From the IMG/VR virus record IMGVR_UViG_3300009661_000074, positions 1-54,318 of that record: a stretch of 54,318 nt of DNA. One strand, given 5' to 3'. The DNA comes from a virus (Duplodnaviria; Caudoviricetes). Below, piece by piece: positions 26,623-37,365 of the stretch. Positions within the stretch are counted from its first letter, which is position 1; each line of letters begins with the position of its first letter. The position numbers and the translations under genes are program-made. The notes under the pieces were generated by a model. That model was not told where the DNA came from. It was given only the letters and a program-made list of their open reading frames with translations, and ran no database searches.

Positions 26623-28579
26623 CAGATATGCCAGCGGCCTGGAATCGCTTGCCCTCCAACTACGTCTTGCCCGACTGAAAAACCTGCAGCCTCCACCCAA
26701 ACTGACCTTGAGTCAGTGGGCTGAGCGCTACGCTGTGCTGTCGAAAGAAACGAGCGCCCAGACGGGTCGCTTCCGTGCTTTCGCGTACCAGAACGGCATG
26801 ATGGATGCCATTTCTGACCCGGCTGTGCACACCGTCACGGTGAAAAAGTCGGCCCGGGTGGGTTACACCAAAATCCTCGATCACGTGGTCGGCTATTACA
26901 TTCACCAGGACCCGTCTCCAATCCTGATGGTGCAGCCTCGGGTCGAGGACGCCGAGGACTACAGCAAGACCGAAATCGCTCCTATGCTGCGCGATACGCG
27001 AGTGCTGAGAGAACTGACCGGCGACAGCAAGGCCAAGGATAGTAATCAGACGATCCTGAAAAAGACCTTTCTCAACGGGGCGAGCCTGTCTCTGGTGGGC
27101 GCGAACTCGCCTGGTGGCTTTCGTCGGATCACGTCGCGAATCATCCTGTTCGATGAAGTGAACGGTTATCCCGTTGGCGGTGCGGGCTCCGAAGGCGATC
27201 AGATAGCCCTTGGCAAGAAACGTGGCGAAACGTTCTGGAACCGCAAAGTCGTTCTGGGCAGTACCCCGACAGTTAAGGGTGCAAGCCGTATTGACCGCAG
27301 CTGGGAGGAGAGCGATCAACGCCGGTATCACGTGCCATGCCCTCACTGTGGTGAAAAGCAGGTACTTGAATGGGGCGGCCCAGATACTCCCTACGGTTTT
27401 AAGTGGGACACCGACGAGGCCGGTGTAGGCCTTCCCGAAACCGTCTTCTATGTGTGCAGGGCAAACGGCTGCGTTATTCACGATATCGACAAGCCCGACA
27501 TGGTGGCTGCGGGCGAGTGGATCGCTGGCAAGCCATTCGCAGGGCATGCAGGCTTCCATATTTGGGCAGCCTACAGCCTGTTCCCGAATGCCTCCTGGGT
27601 GAACCTGGTCACCGAATGGCTGCGGGTAAAGGATGACCCGCTTTCGCGGCAAACCTTCATCAACCTGGTGCAGGGCGAGGACTACGAGGACCGTGGCGAG
27701 AATGCTCTTGCTGAGTCTCGATTGGTTGCCCGCTGTGAGGTATGGGGGGCGGAAGTACCGGATGGCGTGGCTGTGATAACCGTTGGCGTCGATACCCAGG
27801 GCGATCGCTTCGAATGTGAAGTGGTTGGTTGGGGCATGAACGAGGAAAGCTGGTCCATTGATTTCGAAATCATTGCAGGCGACATGGAAACTCCTGATAT
27901 CTGGGATCGGCTCGACGCCTATCTGAAACGGATCTGGTACCGGGCTGATGGTCGCGGGTTTGAAGTCATGGCGGTCTGTCATGACTCCGGTGGCCACCAC
28001 TCACAGAAAGTCTATGACTTTGCCAAAGCTCGCATAGGCCGCCGGGTTTGGGCCATCAGGGGCGAGTCAGCGGTAGGCGGCAAGCGCTCACCGGTCTGGC
28101 CGACCAAGATACCCAGCAAGCGCAACAAGTCCTCGTTTCGCCCGGTGATTATCGGCGTCAACGCGGCCAAGGATTCCATTCGGTCGCGGCTACATCTCAC
28201 CCAGTCAGGTCCGGGTTACATGCACTTCCCGACCGATCGCGATATCAACTACTTCGCGCAGATGACGTCGGAGCGTTCTGTACGGAAAACCTCTGGCGGC
28301 CAGCACTATCGGGTGTGGGAGCTGCCGCCAGGTCGTGCCAACGAGGCGCTCGACTGTCGGGTGTATGCCTACGCGGCACTGTGCGGGCTGATGCATATGT
28401 GGCTCAAGTTGAACAAACGCGCTGAAGAGGTCGGTGCTTCGATTGGGCCCGTTCTCTTGCGGGCACCTGTACCCGTTTTGCAAAGCCCCGATGTTGTACC
28501 GGCCACTGTTGAAGTAACGCAGGGCGTGAGCCAGGCCAAACCCATCAAACGTAAGTCAGCCATCGCAAAAATGGCGTAG
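26609..28579 (+). CDS. terL: Terminase large subunit, lambda GpA family
   Basis: KSARVGYT Walker A variant, FDEV Walker B, STPT, CPHC, GVDTQ, NEALDC. Confidence 0.95.
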   Translation: MEATSRYASGLESLALQLRLARLKNLQPPPKLTLSQWAERYAVLSKETSAQTGRFRAFAYQNGMMDAISDPAVHTVTVKKSARVGYTKILDHVVGYYIHQDPSPILMVQPRVEDAEDYSKTEIAPMLRDTRVLRELTGDSKAKDSNQTILKKTFLNGASLSLVGANSPGGFRRITSRIILFDEVNGYPVGGAGSEGDQIALGKKRGETFWNRKVVLGSTPTVKGASRIDRSWEESDQRRYHVPCPHCGEKQVLEWGGPDTPYGFKWDTDEAGVGLPETVFYVCRANGCVIHDIDKPDMVAAGEWIAGKPFAGHAGFHIWAAYSLFPNASWVNLVTEWLRVKDDPLSRQTFINLVQGEDYEDRGENALAESRLVARCEVWGAEVPDGVAVITVGVDTQGDRFECEVVGWGMNEESWSIDFEIIAGDMETPDIWDRLDAYLKRIWYRADGRGFEVMAVCHDSGGHHSQKVYDFAKARIGRRVWAIRGESAVGGKRSPVWPTKIPSKRNKSSFRPVIIGVNAAKDSIRSRLHLTQSGPGYMHFPTDRDINYFAQMTSERSVRKTSGGQHYRVWELPPGRANEALDCRVYAYAALCGLMHMWLKLNKRAEEVGASIGPVLLRAPVPVLQSPDVVPATVEVTQGVSQAKPIKRKSAIAKMA

Positions 28580-28588
28580 GAGAATCCT

Positions 28589-28843
28589 GTGTTTACACCA
28601 CGCCTCAACAACTTCAGCGGCGTGGCCCCGGCCACGTTGCAACAATGGCTGGCTGAATCGCAGCAGGCACTTCATGACCTGAGTACCGGCGCCAAGGGCG
28701 AGTCGTACAGCTACACCCAAGGCGACGGCGCCAAATCGGTGACTTACACCCGTGCTGACATCGGCGCGCTGCAGGCTCACATCAACGCGCTGTTGTATGC
28801 CCTGGGCATGCGTCGGCGCCGTGCTATCCGGCCGGTGTTCTGA
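28589..28843 (+). CDS. gpW-like head-tail joining protein
   Basis: Between terL and portal; LSTG..SVTYTRAD..RRRAI. Confidence 0.8.
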   Translation: MFTPRLNNFSGVAPATLQQWLAESQQALHDLSTGAKGESYSYTQGDGAKSVTYTRADIGALQAHINALLYALGMRRRRAIRPVF

Positions 28844-30501
28844 TGACGACTGAATCCTTGATTGTCGACTCTCGCGGGCGGCCCCTGATGCCCATGCCGC
28901 CGAAGGCCAAAGGCAACGCCACGACGCTCACCGAGGGCATGGCGGGCCAATCGGTTTTCCCCTACGAGGCCTCGAACTGGTCGACGCAGGAAATGGGCAA
29001 CTGGCTGCCGTGGATTCGCTCGCCCGATGCTGAGATCAACCAGTTTCGTGATCGGATGGTGGCGCGTAGCCGCGACCTGGTACGTAACGACGGCTGGGCG
29101 GCGGGTGGTATCACCCGGATCCTCGACAACACCGTGGGCGCTTCACTGCGCTTGTCGGCTAACCCGGATTATCGGGCACTGGCCGCCATGACTGGCAACC
29201 GCAAGTTCGATTCGGTCTGGGCCGAGGAGTATCGCCGGGCCGCCGAAGCACTGTGGCGGGGTTATGCCGACGACATTGGGCGCTACAGCGATGTTTCCCG
29301 GCAATTGACCATTTCCCAGCAACTGCGCCTGGCGCTGCGCCACAAGCTGGTCGATGGCGATTCACTGGTGGTTGCCTACTGGATGCCGGAGCGCGTCGGT
29401 TATGGCCGTGCGACCTACTCGACGGCGTTCATGCTGGTGGACCCCGATAGGCTTTCCAACCCGTACCAGATGGTTGACAGCAAGTACATGCGCGGCGGCG
29501 TTGAGATCGATGATCACGGCGTGCCGGTGGCGTACCACATCCGCAAGGCGCATCAAAACGACTGGTACAACTCCGTGGAAAGCATGGAGTGGGAGCGGGT
29601 AGAGCGCGAGGACGACGACGGCTGGCATCGAGTCATTCACGATTTCGAACGTGACCGTGCCGGGCAGAACCGGGGCGTGGGTGTTTTCACGCCAGTGCTG
29701 GCGCGCTTCAAGATGTTGGCGCGCTACTACGGCGTTGAGCTGCAGGCCGCGACCATTGCTGCGACGTTTGGCACCTATGTCACCAGCCCTTACGACCCGG
29801 CCCAAGTGGCGGAAGCACTGGACGGTGGTGATGAGCTTTCTGCCTATCAGGGCATGCGAGCCGACTGGGCCGATGAGCGTCCGGCAATGTTGTCCGGGGC
29901 GCGGATTCCAACCCTGGCCCCAGGCGAGTCGATCACATCGGTTGGCGCCGCGCATCCACACAATGGCTTTGGCGAGTTCGCGCACGAGATGTTGCGCACC
30001 TTTGCCGCCGCTGCAGGGATTTCGGCTGAGCAGATCACCCAGGATTGGTCGAAAACCAACTACTCCAGCGCCCGGGCAGCCCTGCTAGAAAGCTGGAAGA
30101 CCCTGACCCGGCGCAACACTGAATTCAAAATCGGTACCGCGACCCCGGTGTTCTCCTGCTGGCTGCATGAGGCGATGGACCGTAATGACTTGCCGCTGCC
30201 CAACGGCGCACCTGACTTCATGGAAGCCCGTACAGCGTACTCGCGGTGCGACTGGCTGGGCGTTGCCCGTGGTTGGGTTGACCCTGTGAAAGAGAAGCAG
30301 GGCGCGATTCTGGGCATGGACGGCGGTCTGTCCACGCTTAAGCGCGAGTGCGCCGAGCAGGGCCTCGATTACGAGGAGGTGATTCACCAGCGTGCCGCCG
30401 AGGTGGCCCAGTTCAAAGAGCTGGGCTTGCCACCCCCGGCTTGGTTCGGCGACACCGCCGCCAATGCCTCAACCCCTGAAGAAGAGCCCGAAGCGCAATG
30501 A
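28843..30501 (+). CDS. Portal protein, lambda family
   Basis: RSRDLVRND, QNRGV, NYSSAR, WVDPVKE. Confidence 0.95.
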   Translation: MTTESLIVDSRGRPLMPMPPKAKGNATTLTEGMAGQSVFPYEASNWSTQEMGNWLPWIRSPDAEINQFRDRMVARSRDLVRNDGWAAGGITRILDNTVGASLRLSANPDYRALAAMTGNRKFDSVWAEEYRRAAEALWRGYADDIGRYSDVSRQLTISQQLRLALRHKLVDGDSLVVAYWMPERVGYGRATYSTAFMLVDPDRLSNPYQMVDSKYMRGGVEIDDHGVPVAYHIRKAHQNDWYNSVESMEWERVEREDDDGWHRVIHDFERDRAGQNRGVGVFTPVLARFKMLARYYGVELQAATIAATFGTYVTSPYDPAQVAEALDGGDELSAYQGMRADWADERPAMLSGARIPTLAPGESITSVGAAHPHNGFGEFAHEMLRTFAAAAGISAEQITQDWSKTNYSSARAALLESWKTLTRRNTEFKIGTATPVFSCWLHEAMDRNDLPLPNGAPDFMEARTAYSRCDWLGVARGWVDPVKEKQGAILGMDGGLSTLKRECAEQGLDYEEVIHQRAAEVAQFKELGLPPPAWFGDTAANASTPEEEPEAQ

Positions 30502-31361
30502 CCAATTATCCGCATCTGGCGCAGAAACTGTTCAACGTGCCGCTGGCGATCACCCCGCAAAAAGCTGAGATCGTCATGGCCGCCCTGGCTGACCGGTTCG
30601 GCCTGGCGCGGCTGTTTCATGCCGACGGCAAGGTGGTCGCGCTGGACAACTGGGATGGCGATATCGGCGAGCCTGCCGAGGCCAGAGCCTATGAGGTGGT
30701 CGCCGGTATTGCCGTCATCCCGGTGACCGGCACCCTTGTACAGAAACTGGGCACTCTGCGGCCTTACAGCGGGATGACAGGTTACGACGGGCTGCGCGCC
30801 TGTTTGAGCATGGCCCTGGCCGATGATGACGTTCGTGGCATCGCGCTCGATATCGACAGCCCGGGTGGAGAAGTGGCGGGGTGCTTCGACCTGGCCGACG
30901 ACATCTACCGCGCTCGCGGGAGCAAACCGATCTGGGCCATCCTCACCGAATCGGCTTACTCGGCGGCGTATGCTTTGGCCAGCGCCTGTGACCGCATCGT
31001 GGTCCCGCGTACGGGCGGTACCGGCAGTGTGGGCGTGATCTGCATGCACGTAGACATGTCCAAGGCGCTGGGCGCGGCCGGGGTCAATGTCACGCTGATC
31101 CACTATGGCGATCGCAAGGCCGATGGAGCTGACTCGAAGCCACTGTCGGACGAGGCGTTGTCACGATATCAGTCTGACGTCGACGCCATGGGCGAGCTGT
31201 TCGTAAAGACTGTTTCGCGTAATCGCAGCCTTTCTGTAAAGACCGTGCGTGCCACCCAGGCCACCACTTTTCTGGGCGCCGCTGGCGTCGAGATTGGCTT
31301 TGCCGATGCCGTCATGGCGCCGGACGAAGCGTTCCGTTCCCTGCTCGCCGAGCTGGGTTGA
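30498..31361 (+). CDS. S49 family head maturation protease
   Basis: DIDSPGG, AYSAAYALAS, GSVGV. Confidence 0.92.
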   Translation: MTNYPHLAQKLFNVPLAITPQKAEIVMAALADRFGLARLFHADGKVVALDNWDGDIGEPAEARAYEVVAGIAVIPVTGTLVQKLGTLRPYSGMTGYDGLRACLSMALADDDVRGIALDIDSPGGEVAGCFDLADDIYRARGSKPIWAILTESAYSAAYALASACDRIVVPRTGGTGSVGVICMHVDMSKALGAAGVNVTLIHYGDRKADGADSKPLSDEALSRYQSDVDAMGELFVKTVSRNRSLSVKTVRATQATTFLGAAGVEIGFADAVMAPDEAFRSLLAELG

Positions 31362-31392
31362 AGTTTCAACTCCCTTAAAAACCGAGGTTCAC

Positions 31393-32076
31393 ATGTCCAA
31401 GCTTTCCCGCGTGGCGAGCGCGCTTTCGTTCGCCCATTTGGCCGGTATCGGATCGATGCGCGGCAAGAATGCACGCGCTGATGACGATGACGACGAGCGC
31501 AAAGATGCTCGAGCAGATGACGATGAGCCGGACGACGGCAACGAGCAGGATCGCGATAACGGCGACAGCAAGAAATCGCGCAAGGCCAAAAAGGCCAAGG
31601 CCGGTGAAGACGCTGACGATGATGACGACGAACCTGCTGCAAAAGGTCGCGCTGCCGACGGCGATGATGACGACGACGATGAAGGTGATGGCAAGTCGTC
31701 TCGCCGCGCCAAGGGTAAGTCGGCATCCGATGACGATGATGCGGACGCCGAAGACGACGATGACGAAGATGAAATGCACGGCAAGAGCGCTGCCGCCAAC
31801 GCCCGTCGCCGTGAGCGTGCGCGCTGCGCTGCCATCTTCGGTTCCCGCTATGCCGCGCGTAACCCGGTGCTGGCAGCCAACCTGGCGTTCGGTACCAGCA
31901 TGACCCGTCAGCAGGTTCTGGCCGCCCTGCGTGATGCGCCGGCCGACAGCACTACCAACCGGTCCCGTTCGGCAAAAAATCCTGAACTGGGTTCGGGCGG
32001 TGAACAGTCACCGTCGCGCCAGGCTCACATCGAAGGCCGCTGGGACCGCGCCATGTCCAAGGTTCGCGGTCGCTGA
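31393..32076 (+). CDS. Putative scaffolding protein (Asp-rich, low complexity)
   Basis: GAGG RBS; poly-Asp tracts; ERARCAAI motif; between protease and decoration genes. Confidence 0.65.
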   Translation: MSKLSRVASALSFAHLAGIGSMRGKNARADDDDDERKDARADDDEPDDGNEQDRDNGDSKKSRKAKKAKAGEDADDDDDEPAAKGRAADGDDDDDDEGDGKSSRRAKGKSASDDDDADAEDDDDEDEMHGKSAAANARRRERARCAAIFGSRYAARNPVLAANLAFGTSMTRQQVLAALRDAPADSTTNRSRSAKNPELGSGGEQSPSRQAHIEGRWDRAMSKVRGR

Positions 32077-32112
32077 TCGGTTCCGTCCGTATTCATTTTC
32101 AGGAGATAGACC

Positions 32113-32808
32113 ATGTCTTATGTTCCACAGACGCCGCTGGTTGAACAGCGGCACGCGGGCGGCTTCATCGTTTCCCTGGCCAACGGTCATCAATCCATTG
32201 ACCAGGTGTTGTTGGCGCAAGGCTCCGGCCGCCTGCAACCCGGCACCGTGATCGGCTACGCCGCTGCGACCTACACCACAACCGGCGCGGCGACCGTAGG
32301 CAACACCGGCAACGGCACCTTGTCTGGCCTCGCGGCGGTCGCCCCGGCCTTGGCAGGCACGTACACCATCAGCCTGATTTCGGCCACCGAGTTCACGGTC
32401 ACCAATCCCAACGGTGAAACCGTTTAGGCGCAGGGCGGCACTGTTGACGTCAGCGAGGGTACGGTGGTGGTCGGCGCCGGTACCGTGGGCACGGTGTTCA
32501 ACGCGCAGGGCATCGGCTTTCTCGTAGCGGCCGGTGCCACTGCGTTTATCGCAGGCGACAGCTTCACCATTGCCGTCACCGATACCGGTGGCGGCTGGGC
32601 ACCCATCACCAGCGCTTCCAGCGGTGTAACGGCCTACGGTCTGCTGTACAGCGTGACCGACACCACCAATGGCCCGGTCAACGCGGCAGCCGTGGTTCGT
32701 CAGGCCGAAGTCAACGCTTCGGAACTGGTCTGGGACGCTTCCTTGAGCGCAGCCCAACAGAATACGACCGCTGCCGCCTTGAAGGCTCAAGGCATCCTTT
32801 CGCGCTGA
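32113..32808 (+). pseudogene. Head decoration protein interrupted by an in-frame TAG at 32425-32427
   Basis: ORFs 32113-32427 and 32464-32808 are in the same frame with a single stop; LQPGTVIG and VVRQAEV..LVW halves of the decoration fold. Confidence 0.8.
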
Positions 32809-32875
32809 TCCAAGCGCTTCAACTGTTCGATCAAAGCTCGCATTTGCGGGCTTTTTCTATTTTTAGGAGCCGCCC

Positions 32876-33919
32876 ATGGCCTCGTTGGACGTATTTCACC
32901 AGGACATCTTTTCCGAGATCGCCCTGACCACCGCCGTCGAAAAGTACCCGTTCAATCCGACGGGCCTCGGCGACCTGGAGCTGTTCGAGCCGGACCCCAT
33001 TCGTACCACCGCGCTGGCGGTCGAGCAGCGTCAGGGCAAACTGGTCCTGATCCCGTTCAGTGAGCGTGGCGAAGAAGGCACCCAGCGCACCACCGAAAAG
33101 CGTCAGGCGCGCTACTTCGACGTACCGCGTCTGATGCATTCGAACACGATCACCGCGCAGGAAATCCAGAACATTCGCGCCTTCGGCAGCGAAACCGAAC
33201 TGATGCAGATCGAAACCGAGGTGGCTCGCCGAATTAATGGCCCCACCGGTTTGACCAGCAATATCGAGTTCACCTGGGAGTTCCAGCGTCTGGCGGCGAT
33301 CCAGGGCTTGTGCCTGGACGCTGACGGCGAAGTGAAATTCGACTGGTTCCAGGAATTTGGCATCGACAAGCCCTCGGACATCATCTTTGACCTGAGCCTC
33401 AATGCCGATGGCTCGGCCACCAAACCGAACTCCATCCGTCCGATCTGCAACAACATCGTGCGCACCATGGCCCGTAAATCTCAGGGCGCGTTTCTGCCTA
33501 CCACGGAAGTCTATGCGCTGGTTGGCGATGACTTCTGGGACCAGTTGACCAATCACCCTGATGTGACCCGGACCTACTACAACTGGGCGGCGGCGCAAGA
33601 GCTGCGTCAGGGTAATGCGTTCCAGGCGATGCGTTTTGGCGGCGTGAACTGGTTCAACTACCGGGGTTCCGACGACGCAACCACGATCCGGGTTAAACCG
33701 AACGAAGCGAAGTTCTTCCCCAAAGGCGCACCGGGTATCTTCAAGGTGGCCTACGCACCGGGTGAGACGTTCGAGTGGGTCAACACCCCAGGCAAGCCGA
33801 TCTACATCCTGCCGATCTTCGATACGCAGCGCAAAATGTGGTGGAAGGTCGAGGCGTACAGCTACCCGCTGCACATCTGCACCCGCCCTGAAGTCCTGCT
33901 GTCCGCCAGGCTGAAATAA
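32876..33919 (+). CDS. Major capsid protein, lambda gpE family
   Basis: 347 aa; TWEFQRLAAIQG, APGET, SYPLHICTRP. Confidence 0.92.
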   Translation: MASLDVFHQDIFSEIALTTAVEKYPFNPTGLGDLELFEPDPIRTTALAVEQRQGKLVLIPFSERGEEGTQRTTEKRQARYFDVPRLMHSNTITAQEIQNIRAFGSETELMQIETEVARRINGPTGLTSNIEFTWEFQRLAAIQGLCLDADGEVKFDWFQEFGIDKPSDIIFDLSLNADGSATKPNSIRPICNNIVRTMARKSQGAFLPTTEVYALVGDDFWDQLTNHPDVTRTYYNWAAAQELRQGNAFQAMRFGGVNWFNYRGSDDATTIRVKPNEAKFFPKGAPGIFKVAYAPGETFEWVNTPGKPIYILPIFDTQRKMWWKVEAYSYPLHICTRPEVLLSARLK

Positions 33920-33922
33920 GCC

Positions 33923-34264
33923 ATGGCGATCGACTGGGACAAGGTGCTGCTGGGTCCGCTTGAGGGCGTATTTGGTGAAGGCGATCAGGCGGGTGGCTCG
34001 GTGATGTTCTATCCGCAGATCGGCACACCGTATGCCGTTGATGGTGTGTTCGATGCTGCCTATCGGGACGTAAACCTGGTCGATTCCATGGTTGATGCGA
34101 ACACCACTCAGCCTGTGCTGGGTATTCGCCTCGCCATTTTCCGCGCCGAGCCTCTGCAGGACGATCAGGTCTATATCCCCAGCACGGGAAACATGTACCT
34201 GGTCAAAGAGGTTCGGCCCGACAGCCATGGCTGGGCCAAACTGATGCTGGCGGTGATGGAATGA
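33923..34264 (+). CDS. Head-tail joining protein
   Basis: Position after capsid; GVFD..VRPDSHGW. Confidence 0.7.
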   Translation: MAIDWDKVLLGPLEGVFGEGDQAGGSVMFYPQIGTPYAVDGVFDAAYRDVNLVDSMVDANTTQPVLGIRLAIFRAEPLQDDQVYIPSTGNMYLVKEVRPDSHGWAKLMLAVME

Positions 34265-34950
34265 CCACGACCTCTGAACTGCGGCAATTGGCTGTTATCG
34301 GGCTGGCAGGCAAGACGCTGGCGGGTGACAACGTGTTCTCGGCCAGAACCTGGGCGACGTGGAAGGGCACCTACCCGGTGTTGTACCTGCATTCCCCCCT
34401 TGAGGACATGGATTCCCTTGGACGCAATGGTGGACCTCAATTCACCGTGACGGCCACGTTGGCGATCAGTGCCCGGGTAGAGGTAAAGGCCAAGCCGCGC
34501 AATGCAGGAGCGGGTGAAGCGCTGCTGGAGCTGGAGACGATTCAGAACCAGATCAAGATGGCGTTGATCAACTACCCGCCACTCATGAGCCGGTTGCAGC
34601 AGTACCCGTTCATTCGCTCTGAGATTCATGAAAACAGCGAAGGTGAAACGGAGCTGGCCGAACTGGTCATGCAAATCGGCATGGAGTTCTACCAGGGGCC
34701 AGAGGACTTTTACCCGCTGGAAGGGCCTGATGATTCACCGCCGTTCGATCCAGTGGCTGCGTCCATTGTTCAACCCATCGTGCCGTTGGCCGAACTAAAC
34801 ACCACCGACGACCTCACCAACGTTGCCGACCCATCGGGTACTTATCCAGACGCTGCGTTCCCCGGCGCGGTGACACCCGCTCCGCGTACTGCGGGCCCGG
34901 ATGGCCGCGCAGAAGGTGGCCTGACGATTGATTTTCCTCCTGTGGAGTAA
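34261..34950 (+). CDS. Putative tail terminator/neck protein
   Basis: Position before sheath; ATGA coupling. Confidence 0.62.
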   Translation: MTTTSELRQLAVIGLAGKTLAGDNVFSARTWATWKGTYPVLYLHSPLEDMDSLGRNGGPQFTVTATLAISARVEVKAKPRNAGAGEALLELETIQNQIKMALINYPPLMSRLQQYPFIRSEIHENSEGETELAELVMQIGMEFYQGPEDFYPLEGPDDSPPFDPVAASIVQPIVPLAELNTTDDLTNVADPSGTYPDAAFPGAVTPAPRTAGPDGRAEGGLTIDFPPVE

Positions 34951-34952
34951 CC

Positions 34953-35171
34953 ATGCGCATTTATCCCTCTCCGGGCCTGGTGGTCCGCGATCCGGTCAAG
35001 CGTGACGCTTTGCCTGACGCGGGCCGCGACGTGCCTGATGGCGACATTTACTGGCTTCGACGCCTGGCGTGTGGCGATGCCACGACGCAGGCGCCAAACG
35101 CGGCTGCGGCAGTGCCGGTGGCGCCCAAGGCCATCAACCCCACCGTGACAGTCGGGAGTGACCCTCAATGA
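34953..35171 (+). CDS. DUF2635 family protein
   Basis: VRDP..LPDAG..YWLRRLACGD; directly before a Mu-like sheath. Confidence 0.85.
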   Translation: MRIYPSPGLVVRDPVKRDALPDAGRDVPDGDIYWLRRLACGDATTQAPNAAAAVPVAPKAINPTVTVGSDPQ

Positions 35172-36646
35172 CCGTTCCATTCAGCAACATTCCGTCGAAC
35201 CTTCGGGTACCGCTGTTCTATGCCGAGGTCGACAACTCGCAGGCTAACAGCGGGACGCAGACTCAGCGGACGCTTATCATCGGCCAGATGACGTCTTCCG
35301 GTGCTGGTGTGGCGAACATCCCGGTGCTTGGCCAGGGTGTCAGCGATGCCAAGCTCAAAGGTGGTTTGGGCTCCATGCTGGCGCTGATGACGGCTGCTTA
35401 TGTGGCATCGGATGACTTCGGCGAGGTCTGGTTTTTGCCGCTGGCTGACGCTGCCGGGGCGGTTGCGGCCACGGGCTCGGTGCTGGTGGCAGGCAGTCCG
35501 ACCGCGACCGGCGTTATCTCTCTGTACATTGCGGGTCAACTGATCAGCCTGACGGTCACCACCGGCGAGGTGGCCGCCGATATCGCGACCGCGCTGGCGG
35601 CGCTGATCAACAGCACTCCCGACTTGCCGGTGACGGCCGCTGCGGCCACCGCTACCGTGACCCTCACGGCCAAAAACAAAGGGCTGGCGGGTAACGAGAT
35701 CGACCTGCGTCTGAATTACCTGGGCGCGCCAAGTGGTGAAGCAATTCCTGCCGGACTCACCCTGACGCTGACACCTGTTACTGGCGGCACGACTAACCCC
35801 GTGCTGGACACCGCGCTGGGTAACCTGGGCGACGAGGCATTCGATTTCATCGTCAGCCCGTACACGGACACCGCTTCCCTGAATGCGCTGCAAAGCTTGC
35901 TCAATGACAAGACTGGTCGTTGGAGCTACGCCAATCAGATCTACGGCCATGTCTTTGCTGCTCAGCGCGGTACGTTGGCCTCGGTGGCCACCGTTGGCAA
36001 TGCACGCAACAACCAGCATGAAAGCATCATGGGGTTTTACGATTCGCCGTCGCCTGCGTGGATCTGGGCCGCCGACGTTGCCGGTACCGCTGCTGTCGCG
36101 TTGCGCGCAGACCCGGGGCGTCCGCTGCAGACGCTGACCTTGAGCACCGTGCTGGCACCTCCGTCGTCTTCGCGGTTCATTCTGGGCGAGCGCAACACCT
36201 TGCTCTGGGACGGTATTTCCACCTTCACAGTGGGCGGTGACGGCACCGTGGCGATCGAGAACCTGATCACCACCTACCAGCAGAACGCTTTTGGCGCAGC
36301 CGATGACAGTTACCTGCAGGTCGAAACGTTGTTCCTGTTGGCGTTCGTTCTCCGTGCGCAGCGTGCCCTGGTTACTTCCAAGTATGCACGGGTCAAATTG
36401 GCTGCCAACGGCACGCGCTTTGCGCCAGGTTCTTCGATTGTTACACCCAACATGATCAAGGCTGATCTGATCGCCCAGTACGGTGAACTTGAGTTCAACG
36501 GCTACGTCCAGGACGCGGCCGGATTCTCGAAGGCCTTGATTGTCGAGAAGAACGCGACCAATCCGAACCGGGTTGACGTGCTGTGGCCTGGCACCCTGAT
36601 CAACCAGTTGCGTATTTTTGCGTTGCTTGCCCAGTTCCGCCTGTAG
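35168..36646 (+). CDS. Tail sheath protein (Mu gpL-like)
   Basis: RVPLFYAEVDNS, DPGRPLQTL, ERNTLL, NRVDVL..QFRL. Confidence 0.94.
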   Translation: MTVPFSNIPSNLRVPLFYAEVDNSQANSGTQTQRTLIIGQMTSSGAGVANIPVLGQGVSDAKLKGGLGSMLALMTAAYVASDDFGEVWFLPLADAAGAVAATGSVLVAGSPTATGVISLYIAGQLISLTVTTGEVAADIATALAALINSTPDLPVTAAAATATVTLTAKNKGLAGNEIDLRLNYLGAPSGEAIPAGLTLTLTPVTGGTTNPVLDTALGNLGDEAFDFIVSPYTDTASLNALQSLLNDKTGRWSYANQIYGHVFAAQRGTLASVATVGNARNNQHESIMGFYDSPSPAWIWAADVAGTAAVALRADPGRPLQTLTLSTVLAPPSSSRFILGERNTLLWDGISTFTVGGDGTVAIENLITTYQQNAFGAADDSYLQVETLFLLAFVLRAQRALVTSKYARVKLAANGTRFAPGSSIVTPNMIKADLIAQYGELEFNGYVQDAAGFSKALIVEKNATNPNRVDVLWPGTLINQLRIFALLAQFRL

Positions 36647-36702
36647 TCTAGGCAGAGCCAAACGACCGCCCTTGAGCGGTTTTTTTTCGCCTGGAGAAAG
36701 AC

Positions 36703-37071
36703 ATGGCTGATACCCCCAACCGCCTTGCGGGCACCTGTTACCTGAGTATCGACGGCGTGAGTTACATGCTGGCTGGCGACTTTTCTTACAAGATTTCCGG
36801 GGTCTCCCGCGAAACATTGAAGGGCCAAGACGGTGTCCATGGCTACAGCGAAACCCCGCAACCGGGCTACATCGCAGCAACCATCCGTGACGCTGCCAAC
36901 CTCAGCGTGGCGGACATCAACGCGATGAACAACGCCACAGTAGTGGCTGAGCTGGCCAACGGCAAAACCATCATCGGTCGCAACATGTGGACCACTGAGC
37001 AACAAGAATCCAAAGCCTCCGACGCCACTATCGAAGTGAAGTGGGAAGGCCCTTCCGTTACGGAGAATTGA
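36703..37071 (+). CDS. Tail tube protein (Mu gpM-like)
   Basis: GQDGVHGYSETP, AELANGK; after sheath. Confidence 0.88.
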   Translation: MADTPNRLAGTCYLSIDGVSYMLAGDFSYKISGVSRETLKGQDGVHGYSETPQPGYIAATIRDAANLSVADINAMNNATVVAELANGKTIIGRNMWTTEQQESKASDATIEVKWEGPSVTEN

Positions 37072-37074
37072 TCC

Positions 37075-37365
37075 ATGTTCGAAGAAGAAATCACCATCCC
37101 GCTGAGCAAACCTGTCGTCATCGGTAAAGGCGACGCGGCCATTAGCTACGTCGAACTGAAACTGCGTGAACCCACGGCGGGGGAGCTGGAGAAGGCGTCC
37201 CGCGCTGACACTTCTGTGGGTTCTGCCATCTCGCTGATCAGCCTGATTACCAAAATTCCGCGTTCTGCGGTCGAGCAAATCAGCAAGCGTGATCTGGTTG
37301 CCGCGAACAATTTCCTTGAGGGTTTTACCGCAGCTGGTCAGACGGAGGCGGCTGGCCAGAGCTGA
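37075..37365 (+). CDS. Tail assembly chaperone; -1 frameshift extends it to 37472
   Basis: LKLREPTAGEL motif; G-GGT-TTT slippery site 37320-37326. Confidence 0.85.
   Translation: MFEEEITIPLSKPVVIGKGDAAISYVELKLREPTAGELEKASRADTSVGSAISLISLITKIPRSAVEQISKRDLVAANNFLEGFTAAGQTEAAGQS

Noticed and set aside
31470-31775. GAC/GAT-rich tandem repeat
   Set aside because: Explained by poly-Asp coding in the scaffold-like protein
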